From Candidatus Heimdallarchaeota archaeon (GTDB lineage: Archaea; Asgardarchaeota; Heimdallarchaeia; Heimdallarchaeales; Heimdallarchaeaceae): a DNA stretch of 32,000 nt. Below are positions 1-9,646 of the stretch, in pieces. A model generated the notes under the pieces. It ran no database searches and had not been told where the DNA came from. It saw only the letters and a program-made list of their open reading frames with translations. Positions within the stretch are counted from its first letter, which is position 1. Each line of letters begins with the position of its first letter. Location: assembly GCA_030668875.1 (NCBI GenBank), contig DAOVER010000003.1:78673-110672 (forward strand), given 5' to 3'. The position numbers were made by a program, and so were the translations under genes.

Positions 1-2
1 TG

Positions 3-575
3 GCGGTTTATGATAAATGCGACATTTGTTCAGGTTATAAGGAAATTCCTTCATTAGAGAACCGCAGCATCATCCTTTCAGAACTTAAGGAGATGTATAC
101 TCAACTTTCAACACATCCTACTTTCTATAAATGGGTGCCAGAAATAGGTTCACAATTAGCGCAATCTGATGAAAAAGCTAAAGATTTAGATGACATTGCT
201 AGTTATCCTGGAAGAATTATTAAGGTAAAAGAAAAAATTGTAAAAGTAAGCGATCCTGAATTTGGATCTTCGAAAACAATGTCTTCATTATTGCTATGGT
301 TAAGAGAAAAGCAATCAGATATACGATGGGTTCTGAGTTTTAAAAACAAATCAGAATTATTCAAAAAGATAAAAAATCTAAAAATCCCATATGTCTCCAC
401 TGAATCATTAGATTCTAATTGGGAACATACTCTAGACCAAATAGCAAAAACCCCCATAGTATTCAATATGAGAATTCTTTTAGATAGTGGAAGTTCTGGG
501 TATGAAGCAATAGGCTATATATTTGCTAGAACATCTGAAGAATTGCTTGATCTAATAAATAGGATTTTCAATTAG
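3..575 (+). CDS. thiR: ThiR-like regulator, ThiN (thiamine-phosphate-synthase-like) ligand-binding domain; 5'-truncated by the window edge
   Basis: The frame is open from base 3 (AVYDKCDICSGYKEIPSLENRSIILSELKEM...). ThiN-like motifs WVPEIGSQLA, DIASYPGRI, PEFGSS and DSGSSGYE are present, preceded by a CxxC (CDIC) linker as in HTH-ThiN fusions. It lies directly upstream of thiBPQ. The HTH itself is outside the window. Confidence 0.7.
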   Translation, partial: AVYDKCDICSGYKEIPSLENRSIILSELKEMYTQLSTHPTFYKWVPEIGSQLAQSDEKAKDLDDIASYPGRIIKVKEKIVKVSDPEFGSSKTMSSLLLWLREKQSDIRWVLSFKNKSELFKKIKNLKIPYVSTESLDSNWEHTLDQIAKTPIVFNMRILLDSGSSGYEAIGYIFARTSEELLDLINRIFN

Positions 576-609
576 TAGATATAGCCCCCCTATATAGTAA
601 AGCTAAGAT

Positions 610-634
610 TTAAAATTATAACATACTATTTTAA
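610..634. promoter_or_regulatory. Imperfect palindrome upstream of thiB; candidate ThiR operator/promoter
   Basis: TTAAAAT-tataacatact-ATTTTAA has 7-bp perfect arms and ends 10 nt before the thiB ATG. It is AT-rich, so it could be chance. Confidence 0.3.
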
Positions 635-644
635 TTTGACTTAA

Positions 645-1859
645 ATGAAAAGAAGTGTCTTTATTCTACTATTTATCATATTATTTACAAGCTCTATTTT
701 CGGATCAACCAATGCCATAGAAGTTGAAGTAGATGATTATGAATTGACAATATATTCATATGAATCTCTACTTGCAGATCCTGGTTATGATTTTGTGGAA
801 GGTTACTCCAATTACAGTGGTATCCCTAAAGAAAACATTCGTCTCATTCTTGTTGAGGATGCAAATACAATAGTAACACAAGTTGTGCTAGAGAAAAACA
901 ATCCTATTGCAGATGTTTTGATTGGTATTGATAATGTTCTAATCCATACAGCTAAGAAAGAAGATATTTTAGTTCCATATTCTTCCCCAAGTTTAGAAAA
1001 TATTTCGGAGGAACTAATTGATAATCTGGATCCAGATCACTATCTACTTCCATATGATTATGGTATAATTGCTCTCTGGTATGATATTAGTAGAATCAAT
1101 TCATCCACTATACAAGAGATTAACAATCTAACACTTGAAGACATAATCTCTCTTGAATTAGATAAAAAACTTGTAATAGAGGATCCTACACTTAGCTCAC
1201 CTGGTTTAGGATTTTTGTTGTGGACGATTGCTGTCTATGGTGATCCTTCAATAAATTTTGATGGATTATTAGGTCAAGATTGGAGAGATTGGTGGAACAA
1301 AGCTTCAGATAATTTGAGAATCACTTCAAGTTGGGGAGCAGCTTTTGATGTTTATAGCTCAGAAGAAGGAAACCGTCCAATCATGGTTTCTTATGGAACT
1401 AGTCCAGCTTATGATATATGTCATCCTCTCTGGGGAGTTGGTACAGAAGTTGATCCCCCCTCAGCTGTTTTTTTAAGTCATGAAAACGGACTTGATAATG
1501 CTTGGTTACAGATCGAAGGGATTGGTCTTGTAAATGGAGCACCAAATGAAGAAAATGCTAAGGATTTCATAGATTGGTTTCTAAGTGAAGAACCTCAAGA
1601 AGAAATCCCATTGAACAACTGGATGTATCCTGCGAATAATCGAACAGAAATTGATAACTGCTTCCTTGAATCAGCTATAAACCCGGATGATGTTGACATC
1701 CTAAATTATTTAATCCCTCCAAATATGTTAAACGAAAATCTAGATTACTGGAAATCGGAATGGGAATTGGAGATAGTTGAATTCAGTTCTATTGTTGTGG
1801 TAATTTTAGCAGTTTCAGTTGGAGCAATCTCATACAATTTCGCAAGAAAAAGAAAGTAA
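645..1859 (+). CDS. thiB: Thiamine ABC transporter substrate-binding protein
   Basis: N-terminal signal peptide; motifs LTIYSYES, ADVLIGIDN, LPYDYGIIAL, EDPTLSSPGLGFLLWT, SWGAAF, VSYGTSPAY, QIEGIGLV and IPLNNWMYP are typical of ThiB/TbpA; C-terminal TM helix plus basic tail. Confidence 0.9.
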   Translation: MKRSVFILLFIILFTSSIFGSTNAIEVEVDDYELTIYSYESLLADPGYDFVEGYSNYSGIPKENIRLILVEDANTIVTQVVLEKNNPIADVLIGIDNVLIHTAKKEDILVPYSSPSLENISEELIDNLDPDHYLLPYDYGIIALWYDISRINSSTIQEINNLTLEDIISLELDKKLVIEDPTLSSPGLGFLLWTIAVYGDPSINFDGLLGQDWRDWWNKASDNLRITSSWGAAFDVYSSEEGNRPIMVSYGTSPAYDICHPLWGVGTEVDPPSAVFLSHENGLDNAWLQIEGIGLVNGAPNEENAKDFIDWFLSEEPQEEIPLNNWMYPANNRTEIDNCFLESAINPDDVDILNYLIPPNMLNENLDYWKSEWELEIVEFSSIVVVILAVSVGAISYNFARKRK

Positions 1860-1863
1860 TTCG

Positions 1864-3699
1864 ATGTTGAATAGCATGTTTAGCACTACTCTCAAGAGAA
1901 GAGCGAAAGTGGATTCTATCTTAAACAGATCCATAATCATTTTAGTTATACTTGCTTTTGGTTCATTCTTGATATTGTTTTTTTATGCTCCTTTGTCCAA
2001 AATATTTCAGTTTGCTTTTTCTGATGTTAACTATTATAATGCGCCCTTAAACGCACAGTATTTCAGCCAATCCATAATATCTTTGATATTTTTTTCTGAT
2101 GGTAACCAACTTACCTTTAGTTTTATTATAGAAACTATCACTGATCCACTAAATATCTCATTTTTACTTTTCACATCTTCTCAAGCTATATTATCAATGC
2201 TAATCTGTCTGATTCTAGGAATTCCTGCGGGGTATTTCTTCGCAAAATACAAATTTAGAGGAAAAAAACTCTTACTTAATCTAATGACAATTCCTTTTGT
2301 ACTTCCAGCTATTGTGGTGCTACTAGGGTTTATCGTTACATATGGTGAATCAGGATGGGTTAATAGTATATGGACTGGTTTAACTGGTATTGATTCTCCT
2401 ATCATTGAGATTTTTGGTACATTTGAAGGAATACTTATTGCTCATGTTTTTTATAATTTGTCAGTCATTATTCGAATGTCTATTCCTGCGTGGAAAAGTG
2501 TTGACACAGAGCAGATTGACGTGGCTAAATCTTTAGGAGCGAGTAATTGGTTAATTCTGCGTAAGATTATATTTCCTCAAATTGTGAATTACATTGTATC
2601 TGCAGCTCTACTAGTTTTTATCTATACGTTCAATAGTTTTGCAATTGTTCTCTACTTGGGGGAAATTAAGTTTCAAACCTTAGAAGTAAGAATTTATAAG
2701 CTCATGAAGGCGTCACTCGATTTTAATGGAGGAGCAACTTTAGCTTTGATTCAACTAATATTAAATACAATCATAATTATTCTATACCTCTTCTTTGAGA
2801 GTCGTACAAGACAAATGGCAGAAGGAAAAGAAAGCATATTTACTAGTGAAAAAATATCATTTTCTAAAAACAATTGGAAGAAAAACATAATTATGTCTTT
2901 GTTTATATTGTTCATTCTTATATTGATGATTTTCACCTTCAGTCCAATAGTAGCTATAGTGTTAGAATCTTTCCAACCTTATGCTGATGGAATATCTCAT
3001 TTTTGGGGGTATCAACAGCTGTTTTCTAATGAATATATGCCTTTGCTGGGCAATTCTCCCCTTAGATTGTTGCTAAACACATTACTGTTTGCATCTCTAA
3101 CAACAGTACTAACACTAATTCTATCCGTTTTACTCGTTTTTGTTCTACGAAATAGATATCAAAGCTTAAAAAAATACAAAGTTTCTTTTTCAGAAAATTT
3201 TGTTTCCTATATCATAATTTTACCAATGGCAACATCCTCAATAACCCTTGCAATTGGAATGTTTCTGATGTTCAACAACTCAGTAATTTATTTAGAGTAT
3301 GTATGGGTATTCATAGTGTTGACTCATGTTTTAATCTGTATCCCCTTCGCATCAAGATCTATACTCTCAGCATATAATCGGATAGATGTAGAAATGCTAA
3401 ATGTAGCTTCTACATTAGGAGCTTCTCGATTCAGGATTTTTACGAAAATAGAACTTCCGTTCATTTACAGAGGTATTATTGTAGGGGGGATTTTTGCTTT
3501 TGCAATAAGTTTAGGGGAATTTGCTGCAACAAATTTTCTAGTTAGAGGAGAATATGGAACATTGTCGATTGGCATTTCAAAACTAATTGAAACCCAAACT
3601 TTACAACTACCTGCTACAATGGCAAGTATTCTTGTAATTATCACTGTTATTTGTTTCCTAGTTATACAAAAATTCGGAGATATAGAATTAAAGGTGTAA
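1864..3699 (+). CDS. thiP: Thiamine ABC transporter permease (two fused permease repeats)
   Basis: Multi-TM protein with two EAA-like loops (DVAKSLGAS and NVASTLGAS) and the motifs IPFVLPAIVV and SLGEFAAT. The ATG at 1864 is preferred over the TTG at 1819, which overlaps thiB. Confidence 0.88.
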   Translation: MLNSMFSTTLKRRAKVDSILNRSIIILVILAFGSFLILFFYAPLSKIFQFAFSDVNYYNAPLNAQYFSQSIISLIFFSDGNQLTFSFIIETITDPLNISFLLFTSSQAILSMLICLILGIPAGYFFAKYKFRGKKLLLNLMTIPFVLPAIVVLLGFIVTYGESGWVNSIWTGLTGIDSPIIEIFGTFEGILIAHVFYNLSVIIRMSIPAWKSVDTEQIDVAKSLGASNWLILRKIIFPQIVNYIVSAALLVFIYTFNSFAIVLYLGEIKFQTLEVRIYKLMKASLDFNGGATLALIQLILNTIIIILYLFFESRTRQMAEGKESIFTSEKISFSKNNWKKNIIMSLFILFILILMIFTFSPIVAIVLESFQPYADGISHFWGYQQLFSNEYMPLLGNSPLRLLLNTLLFASLTTVLTLILSVLLVFVLRNRYQSLKKYKVSFSENFVSYIIILPMATSSITLAIGMFLMFNNSVIYLEYVWVFIVLTHVLICIPFASRSILSAYNRIDVEMLNVASTLGASRFRIFTKIELPFIYRGIIVGGIFAFAISLGEFAATNFLVRGEYGTLSIGISKLIETQTLQLPATMASILVIITVICFLVIQKFGDIELKV

Positions 3700-3702
3700 A
3701 TT

Positions 3703-4770
3703 ATGGCAAAACTCTCTATGAAAAAAATTTCTATGAAATATGAAAAAAAGCTGATTCTAGAAGATTTAGACTTAGAGGTTAAACATGGTGAATTGTTGGT
3801 TCTACTTGGTGAATCAGGTTGTGGAAAAACAACCTTGTTAAAAATAGTTGCGGGAATAATTCAACCAGACAAAGGAAAAATTTATGTCGATGATATAGAA
3901 ATTTCCAATCTCTCTCCACAAGTAAGACAGATTGGGTATGTTCCACAAGCCCAAGTTCTCTTTCCCCATATGAAAGTAACACAGAACATTGCTTTTGGTC
4001 TGGAAGCTAGGAAATTGACAAAAGAAACAATAGAAGAGAAAATTAATTGGATAGTAGATCTAGTAGAAATTTCTGATTTACTAGACAGATATCCTCGAGA
4101 GTTAAGTGGAGGACAAAAACAGAGAGTAGCCTTAGCACGGGCAATGGCAATTGAACCGCACATTCTTCTTTTGGATGAACCTCTTTCTAGCATTGATGCA
4201 ATAGGGAGGGAAGCTTTAGCTTTGACTATAAGACGTATTCAGAAAGAAACTTCTACTACTACACTCTATGTTACTCATAATGGAGATGAAGCTAGATTGA
4301 TTAGCGATAGAGTAGCGGTGATTTATGATGGTAAGATTCAACAAGTTGGAAAAGTGCTAGATGTTGAACAACATCCAAGAAATTACCTTATTTCCAAAAT
4401 TTTAGGGTCTCCAAATATTTGGCCAATTCTTTATACAAAAAAGAAAGAAAAAACAAAGCTTTTTACTTCTATTTGTGACATTCCTATTCAAGGAGAAATA
4501 AGCTCAAAAATTACAGGAATAAAGATTCCTCCCTCAATTATTTCAATTTCAAAAGATCGAATTGAAGACCCCAATCTTGTGGCTCTAGAGTGTTACGTGA
4601 AAACAGTGATTGAAAAGAGTGAAGATGAATATCGGTTGATATTAGATCTAAAAGATAATCCTTCCGAATATATCAAAGTTGATTGCTCAAAGTCTGATTA
4701 TGAAGAAAATATCAACCAGAATAAAGAAATCACCATTTACTTTAATCCCTCGGAGGTTATCCTACTTTGA
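3703..4770 (+). CDS. thiQ: ABC transporter ATP-binding protein (thiamine/PotA-like)
   Basis: Walker A GESGCGKT, signature LSGGQ, Walker B LLLDE, H-loop YVTHN and a C-terminal TOBE-like region; starts 3 nt after thiP. Confidence 0.85.
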   Translation: MAKLSMKKISMKYEKKLILEDLDLEVKHGELLVLLGESGCGKTTLLKIVAGIIQPDKGKIYVDDIEISNLSPQVRQIGYVPQAQVLFPHMKVTQNIAFGLEARKLTKETIEEKINWIVDLVEISDLLDRYPRELSGGQKQRVALARAMAIEPHILLLDEPLSSIDAIGREALALTIRRIQKETSTTTLYVTHNGDEARLISDRVAVIYDGKIQQVGKVLDVEQHPRNYLISKILGSPNIWPILYTKKKEKTKLFTSICDIPIQGEISSKITGIKIPPSIISISKDRIEDPNLVALECYVKTVIEKSEDEYRLILDLKDNPSEYIKVDCSKSDYEENINQNKEITIYFNPSEVILL

Positions 4771-5579
4771 TAAATGAAGAGCTAGTGAGGGAAATAGATG
4801 ATAATTTAATGGTAGAATTTGAGTTATCTTCGAAATTAATATGGGAGAAAATAAACGAGGGTTATACAAATGAAAATTACACAATAAAGAAATCGAATGG
4901 TTCTCCTCTTGCAGTTTGTAAAATATTCACAGATGATGAGATTTACCTTCGTAAAGAAAGATTTGAACGAGAAGTTTCTGCATTGGAAAAATATTCAGGA
5001 AACATTGCTCCACAAGTCCTCTATCAGAAAAATTCAAAGATATTGATTTACAATTATGTAGAAGGTACTGGACTCCATAAACTTTCCCCCAAACTTATTG
5101 ACATTAGTTATGTTAAAGATACACTGGACACACTACATTCAGCTCCAATCTCAAAAGATAAGACATTGAAATCTGACGTTATATCATTTTATAAAACCAT
5201 AGCACTAAGATATCAAAAATCTAAATTCGCGTATCCACAAAAACTAATAAATTCTCTCCTAACCCTTGCTCATCGACAGGAAGAGCTTCTAGATACTTAT
5301 ACTGAATTCTTAACTTATGTTCATGGAGACTTAGTCCCCCCGAATTTAATATATAGAAATAGCAGCATTACACTTATAGATTGGGAATTTTCTAGACCTG
5401 AATTGGTTTTCTTTGATTATCAGTATCTCAATTATTATGCAAAAGCTCACAATCTGTCAATAGAAATTGAAATTGAAAAAGATTTACAATTATTTTATGA
5501 CGAATTAATCGATATTCTTGAACGTTTATGGAGGTACGGTTATTTGTTAAAAAACAAAAAAATAGATTACAGTATATGA
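4767..5579 (+). CDS. APH/choline-kinase-family phosphotransferase; candidate thiamine kinase
   Basis: AVCKIF (ATP-binding Lys), REVSAL...APQVL, Brenner motif HGDLVPPN and IDWEFS. The TTG start overlaps the thiQ TGA (TTGA), with GGAGGT at 4752-4757. Confidence 0.8.
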   Translation: MINEELVREIDDNLMVEFELSSKLIWEKINEGYTNENYTIKKSNGSPLAVCKIFTDDEIYLRKERFEREVSALEKYSGNIAPQVLYQKNSKILIYNYVEGTGLHKLSPKLIDISYVKDTLDTLHSAPISKDKTLKSDVISFYKTIALRYQKSKFAYPQKLINSLLTLAHRQEELLDTYTEFLTYVHGDLVPPNLIYRNSSITLIDWEFSRPELVFFDYQYLNYYAKAHNLSIEIEIEKDLQLFYDELIDILERLWRYGYLLKNKKIDYSI

Positions 5580-5930
5580 CTTTGTTGTTCTATTTCTGAC
5601 GGATATGAAGTTTAATAGTAAATTTCAACAATAGTTACTTGACATATAGCTTCTTTTAGAGTTGTGTTAAAATTGTTGGGTAAGTGGAATTAACAAGGAT
5701 ATCGATGCTAGTGTGTGTAGATGGGTGTATGAACCTAGTTCTCTAGAATTCTCTGGATTTCGTGGCAATCATATTCACCTTCCACAAGATTCTCGAGTGA
5801 TTAATAGCCCTAAATACTAGAAAAATTTCTGGATATGTTTGTAAAACCAGTATTATGTAATTCTTGAGACAACATTTTTAATGAATGTAACGTATTGTTT
5901 ACAGTTTTATCAAAATAAATAGTGGTTTCA

Positions 5931-6491
5931 ATGGATAACCAAGAAGAAGGAAAAATAGAAATATTCTTGTCGTCTAGTGATTTGCTTCAGATAATTGGAG
6001 ATTGGTTCAAAGCAAAGAGAATTTTCTACTCTGATGAAATGTTTAATGATTATCATAATAATGTAAGTGATAAACTAAATGAAACAAATGAGATGACAGA
6101 GTATCTTAATATTAAACTTCAAGAGAAGGTTTTCCAATGGTTAAGTACTCATCATTCCAATCGAAAAGATGTATATCAATCAGTTGAGGAAAAGGATGAA
6201 GAACTCGTCCCTGCATGGTTTTTGCAAGAGAGATTCAAGGAAATTGAGATGATGATTTCTTCTAAATTTTTCAGCTATGGTTTCAAAGATATTGCTATGG
6301 AATACGATAGTGCTTTGAAGCATTTTATAGTCTCTCTCTTTTCAAATAAAGAAATGGATGAAATGTCATTAAGTGTCCTTTCAAGTGATATTCAAGCCTA
6401 TTTGGTAAATCAACTAACATTACTAAAATTAGAAAAAGCTAAACTGCATGAAAAAAAGCAGATAGAGTTTGTATTTTCTCTTATTTGGTAA
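5931..6491 (+). CDS. Hypothetical acidic, helical soluble protein
   Basis: ORF of 186-189 aa with host-like codon use (GTG 5922 or ATG 5931). No recognisable motif. Confidence 0.6.
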   Translation: MDNQEEGKIEIFLSSSDLLQIIGDWFKAKRIFYSDEMFNDYHNNVSDKLNETNEMTEYLNIKLQEKVFQWLSTHHSNRKDVYQSVEEKDEELVPAWFLQERFKEIEMMISSKFFSYGFKDIAMEYDSALKHFIVSLFSNKEMDEMSLSVLSSDIQAYLVNQLTLLKLEKAKLHEKKQIEFVFSLIW

Positions 6492-6499
6492 AGAAAACA

Positions 6500-7636
6500 T
6501 CATTTGGTGTCATTTTTTATTGTTTTTTGTTCAGTCGTTTTAGCTTTCTCATTTTCCTTTGTGTTGATATAGGACAGCATAGAAACTGTTACAAGTAATA
6601 TGCCCGCACCGATTATCTGCAATGTGGTTAGACCATAACCCAGGAAGAAATAATTTACAAAAATTGCTAGTAGTGGAAAAGCTAATTCTGCGAGTCCAGC
6701 AATTGTAGCTTTTGATCGTTTCAAACCAAAGTAGTAGAGTGCTAAAGGTAGAACTCCTCCTGTTAAGAACGCTGAGTAAGCAATACAGGCAATTACAGGC
6801 CAAAAACCATTGTACACTTGTGGATAAACACTTATTCCATTAGTAAGAAATACATAATGTGAAACATCGAATAATCCTGGAGAAACGTAGATACCAGCAA
6901 ATAGAAACTCAAAATAGGTACTGTTGTATGTCAAAAGGATACCATTAAAGACTAATAAGAAGAAAAATCCACCCACATATCTTAGAAATGTCAAATCCCA
7001 ATAGTTTAATTTTTCTGTTAAACGCCTTCCAAATACTGTTGATCCACCCCACATTGTGGCTGCTAATAATGAACATAATACTGCAATAAAGCCTACCCAA
7101 TTGAAGGGTTGACCAGATTTAATTAATTCTTCAAAGACTATGAGAAATACCCCTATCAGCGAAAGTGAAAGGGCGACATAATACTGCCAAGTTGGCTTTT
7201 CCTTCAAAATAGCTGCAGCAAAAGCTAATGTAATAAGAGGTTGAGTTTTTTGAAGAAGAATAGCCACAGTTGGATTACCCATTCCTAATGAAATTAGGAA
7301 GAAAAACAATCCAAGAGCTGATCCTCCCATAGATACGTATATTAATGCAAACCAATCTTTTTTTTCAAATTCTTTCAAGGTTTGGAAAATCTGTTTGAAA
7401 CCTCTTCGAACTAGAATTATTGGTGCTAGAATAATGATGCCAAAAAAGTGTTCTATTAAACTTATAAATGCTGAAGCTCTTGGCATTGCTAAATAATTTG
7501 TAGTTCCCCATGAAAATCCTGGAGATTGGATAAGTAAAGGGTTTCTTACAGGTGCATCAAAAGCACGAGCAGCATTTGCTAAAGAAACTAGTGCAGGACC
7601 AAATTTATTGTCAACTTGCTTTTTTACATCAGACAT
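6500..7636 (-). CDS. DMT/EamA-family transporter
   Basis: About 10 TM helices in two EamA repeats; motifs LLQKTQPLIT...ILKEK, MWGGSTVFGR and LYYFGLKRSKATIAGLAELAFPL. Confidence 0.88.
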   Translation of the reverse strand: MSDVKKQVDNKFGPALVSLANAARAFDAPVRNPLLIQSPGFSWGTTNYLAMPRASAFISLIEHFFGIIILAPIILVRRGFKQIFQTLKEFEKKDWFALIYVSMGGSALGLFFFLISLGMGNPTVAILLQKTQPLITLAFAAAILKEKPTWQYYVALSLSLIGVFLIVFEELIKSGQPFNWVGFIAVLCSLLAATMWGGSTVFGRRLTEKLNYWDLTFLRYVGGFFFLLVFNGILLTYNSTYFEFLFAGIYVSPGLFDVSHYVFLTNGISVYPQVYNGFWPVIACIAYSAFLTGGVLPLALYYFGLKRSKATIAGLAELAFPLLAIFVNYFFLGYGLTTLQIIGAGILLVTVSMLSYINTKENEKAKTTEQKTIKNDTK

Positions 7637-7749
7637 CTTATTCCTCTTCTACTCTAAATTGGTAACCGATTATTCTGCTGGTGTAACATTTTTAAGTTTT
7701 ATCGTGCAAAAATGAGTAAGAGCACATCTATTTTGTAAATGTGATTTTC

Positions 7750-9591
7750 TCAAGACATAGTAAGGTCGGATAATAACATCTTTTCATACACTTCTTGATA
7801 CATGACTCGAATAGATTCTGAAGTAAGATCCTTTTCAAACTGTTTTTTCATCCTTTCTTGTTCACTTCTTCGAGTCACAATTCTTTTCCCTATATTGTAG
7901 ATAGATTTCAGAAGTGACCAAATGAGTAGTGGAATAAAGAGTAAAATTTTCAGTAGAAACTTACCAAGTTTCTGGAATATTTTCTTGAAGTCAACATCAA
8001 GATCTTTTTTGTAATTAAGCTTTCTTCCCCTTTTTGCTACGGTTAAGTAGGCATCTGATAAAGTTGAAAATATTTCAAAAAATCTCTGTTTAAAGAAACT
8101 TCCTGGTCTAAATTTACCTAAATCAACAATAGCTTTCCCAACCATGATTATTATGTGTTTGATATAATTATAAATTGCTATGATAAGCGTAAAGATTGGC
8201 ATCAAAGGAGCAATGAATAAGTAAGCAAGCTTTTTACCATATTTTTTGTACCATGGTTCAGTAGTAAATTTGTCTTTCAAATATTGTTGAGCCCCCAATG
8301 CTAAAGCAATAGCTAATTTGTTATATTCGACATCTGAGATTATTTGATCATATTTTTCTTCTTGTTGAGCTATTCCTTTAAGAGCTCCTGTAATCATGAC
8401 TGAGGAGAACAAATCATGACTCAAATAACCTTCTTCTATTTTCCTTAATATTAGTTGTAAGGATTCTGTAGCTTCTTTCTCTGACATCTTATTGTCTCTC
8501 GCAAAACTTTCTAAAGCTTCATCCTTTCTCCATGGAAAAATCGATGATTCCTGAGACCAAATCAATAATGCAAATGTTCTTGCAGTCTTGCTTTTTATAG
8601 TAGAAATGTCCAACTTACTTAGAGGAATTTCTGCTTTGTTTAGTAAACTTTCCAATTGCTTTTTTGATCTTTCAGGTACAAACTTATTTTCCAATGCTAA
8701 TAGATCTTGAACCCTGTCCTTCATCTCGTCTAATTCCTCCATCATTTCCAGTTTAAAGTCTTGATAAGTCTCGGTTGAAATTGGTGGAGCATCAAAGAAA
8801 CTAAATGAAGATTTTGCTAAGAAATATGGAAGAGAAAAGAAGTTCTCTACATCTTGATAGAAAGAAGCCCATCTATATGCACCCATTCTCATCATATATA
8901 CACTGCATTCATGGAATAGCGCGTAAGTGGGTCCAAAAATTGTTGCTATCCATGAAGCCATTAAAAGACCTGTTCCAAACAAGATCAAGGCAATTGCGCT
9001 TACAGTACTTGAATGAGCATTAAAGACCCCCCATTGACCGTACACTGAATCTGCTATTGTATAGTTAAACTGATCGAAATAATAACCGTATGGGAGATGA
9101 GCAATTTGTTCTACGAAATTTCCAATTAGTTGTAGAAGATCCTCTCCCCAGATGGCTGTTGGAATTAAGAAGAATACAATGGGAGTAACAGCTAAATTGA
9201 TTGCTTCACCAAGACCACGTCTGATAGGATAATTTTTGATCATTTTTGATTCTCTTACTCTAATATCCTCTAATTCCTTTGAAACCTCCAGAATCTCTTT
9301 TGATTTCTTCCCTGCTAAAAATTCTGAAGTTGTTACAAAATATTTTCTGTACATTTGAAGTAACGGAACTAATTCTCTTAATCCACTTGGAACTAAAATA
9401 TCAAACAAATTGAGTAATAATTTCCCTAATGTGGAAATAAGAGTGAATAAACCGGCTAGTAGTACAAAAACTACCTTCATCACTCCTGGAACTTTTTGTT
9501 CGTCTATCTTTTTAGCACTCTTCTTTACATCTTTTTTGTTCTTCTTGTTCTTTTTAGGAGAGTGTTTATTAGAGTCATTACTAGATACCAT
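7750..9591 (-). CDS. Unknown polytopic membrane protein, paralogue A (paralogue of 27115..28803)
   Basis: 613-aa ORF with a Lys-rich N-terminus, about 3 N-terminal TM segments, a soluble core of about 250 aa and 2 C-terminal hydrophobic segments. It shares long gap-free blocks with the ORF at 27115. Confidence 0.8.
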   Translation of the reverse strand: MVSSNDSNKHSPKKNKKNKKDVKKSAKKIDEQKVPGVMKVVFVLLAGLFTLISTLGKLLLNLFDILVPSGLRELVPLLQMYRKYFVTTSEFLAGKKSKEILEVSKELEDIRVRESKMIKNYPIRRGLGEAINLAVTPIVFFLIPTAIWGEDLLQLIGNFVEQIAHLPYGYYFDQFNYTIADSVYGQWGVFNAHSSTVSAIALILFGTGLLMASWIATIFGPTYALFHECSVYMMRMGAYRWASFYQDVENFFSLPYFLAKSSFSFFDAPPISTETYQDFKLEMMEELDEMKDRVQDLLALENKFVPERSKKQLESLLNKAEIPLSKLDISTIKSKTARTFALLIWSQESSIFPWRKDEALESFARDNKMSEKEATESLQLILRKIEEGYLSHDLFSSVMITGALKGIAQQEEKYDQIISDVEYNKLAIALALGAQQYLKDKFTTEPWYKKYGKKLAYLFIAPLMPIFTLIIAIYNYIKHIIIMVGKAIVDLGKFRPGSFFKQRFFEIFSTLSDAYLTVAKRGRKLNYKKDLDVDFKKIFQKLGKFLLKILLFIPLLIWSLLKSIYNIGKRIVTRRSEQERMKKQFEKDLTSESIRVMYQEVYEKMLLSDLTMS

Positions 9592-9646
9592 CTATAATAA
9601 TAGAATAATCATCTATTTTTAAAATTGTGATAGTATCCGTTCTTAC

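Noticed and set aside
576-644. TPP riboswitch upstream of thiB
   Set aside because: The gap is only 69 nt, AT-rich, and lacks the CUGAGA and P1-P5 elements.
5730-5785. Minus-strand mini-ORF MIATKSREF with an AGGTGA upstream
   Set aside because: It has only 9 codons, and read-through of its TAG gives nothing recognisable.
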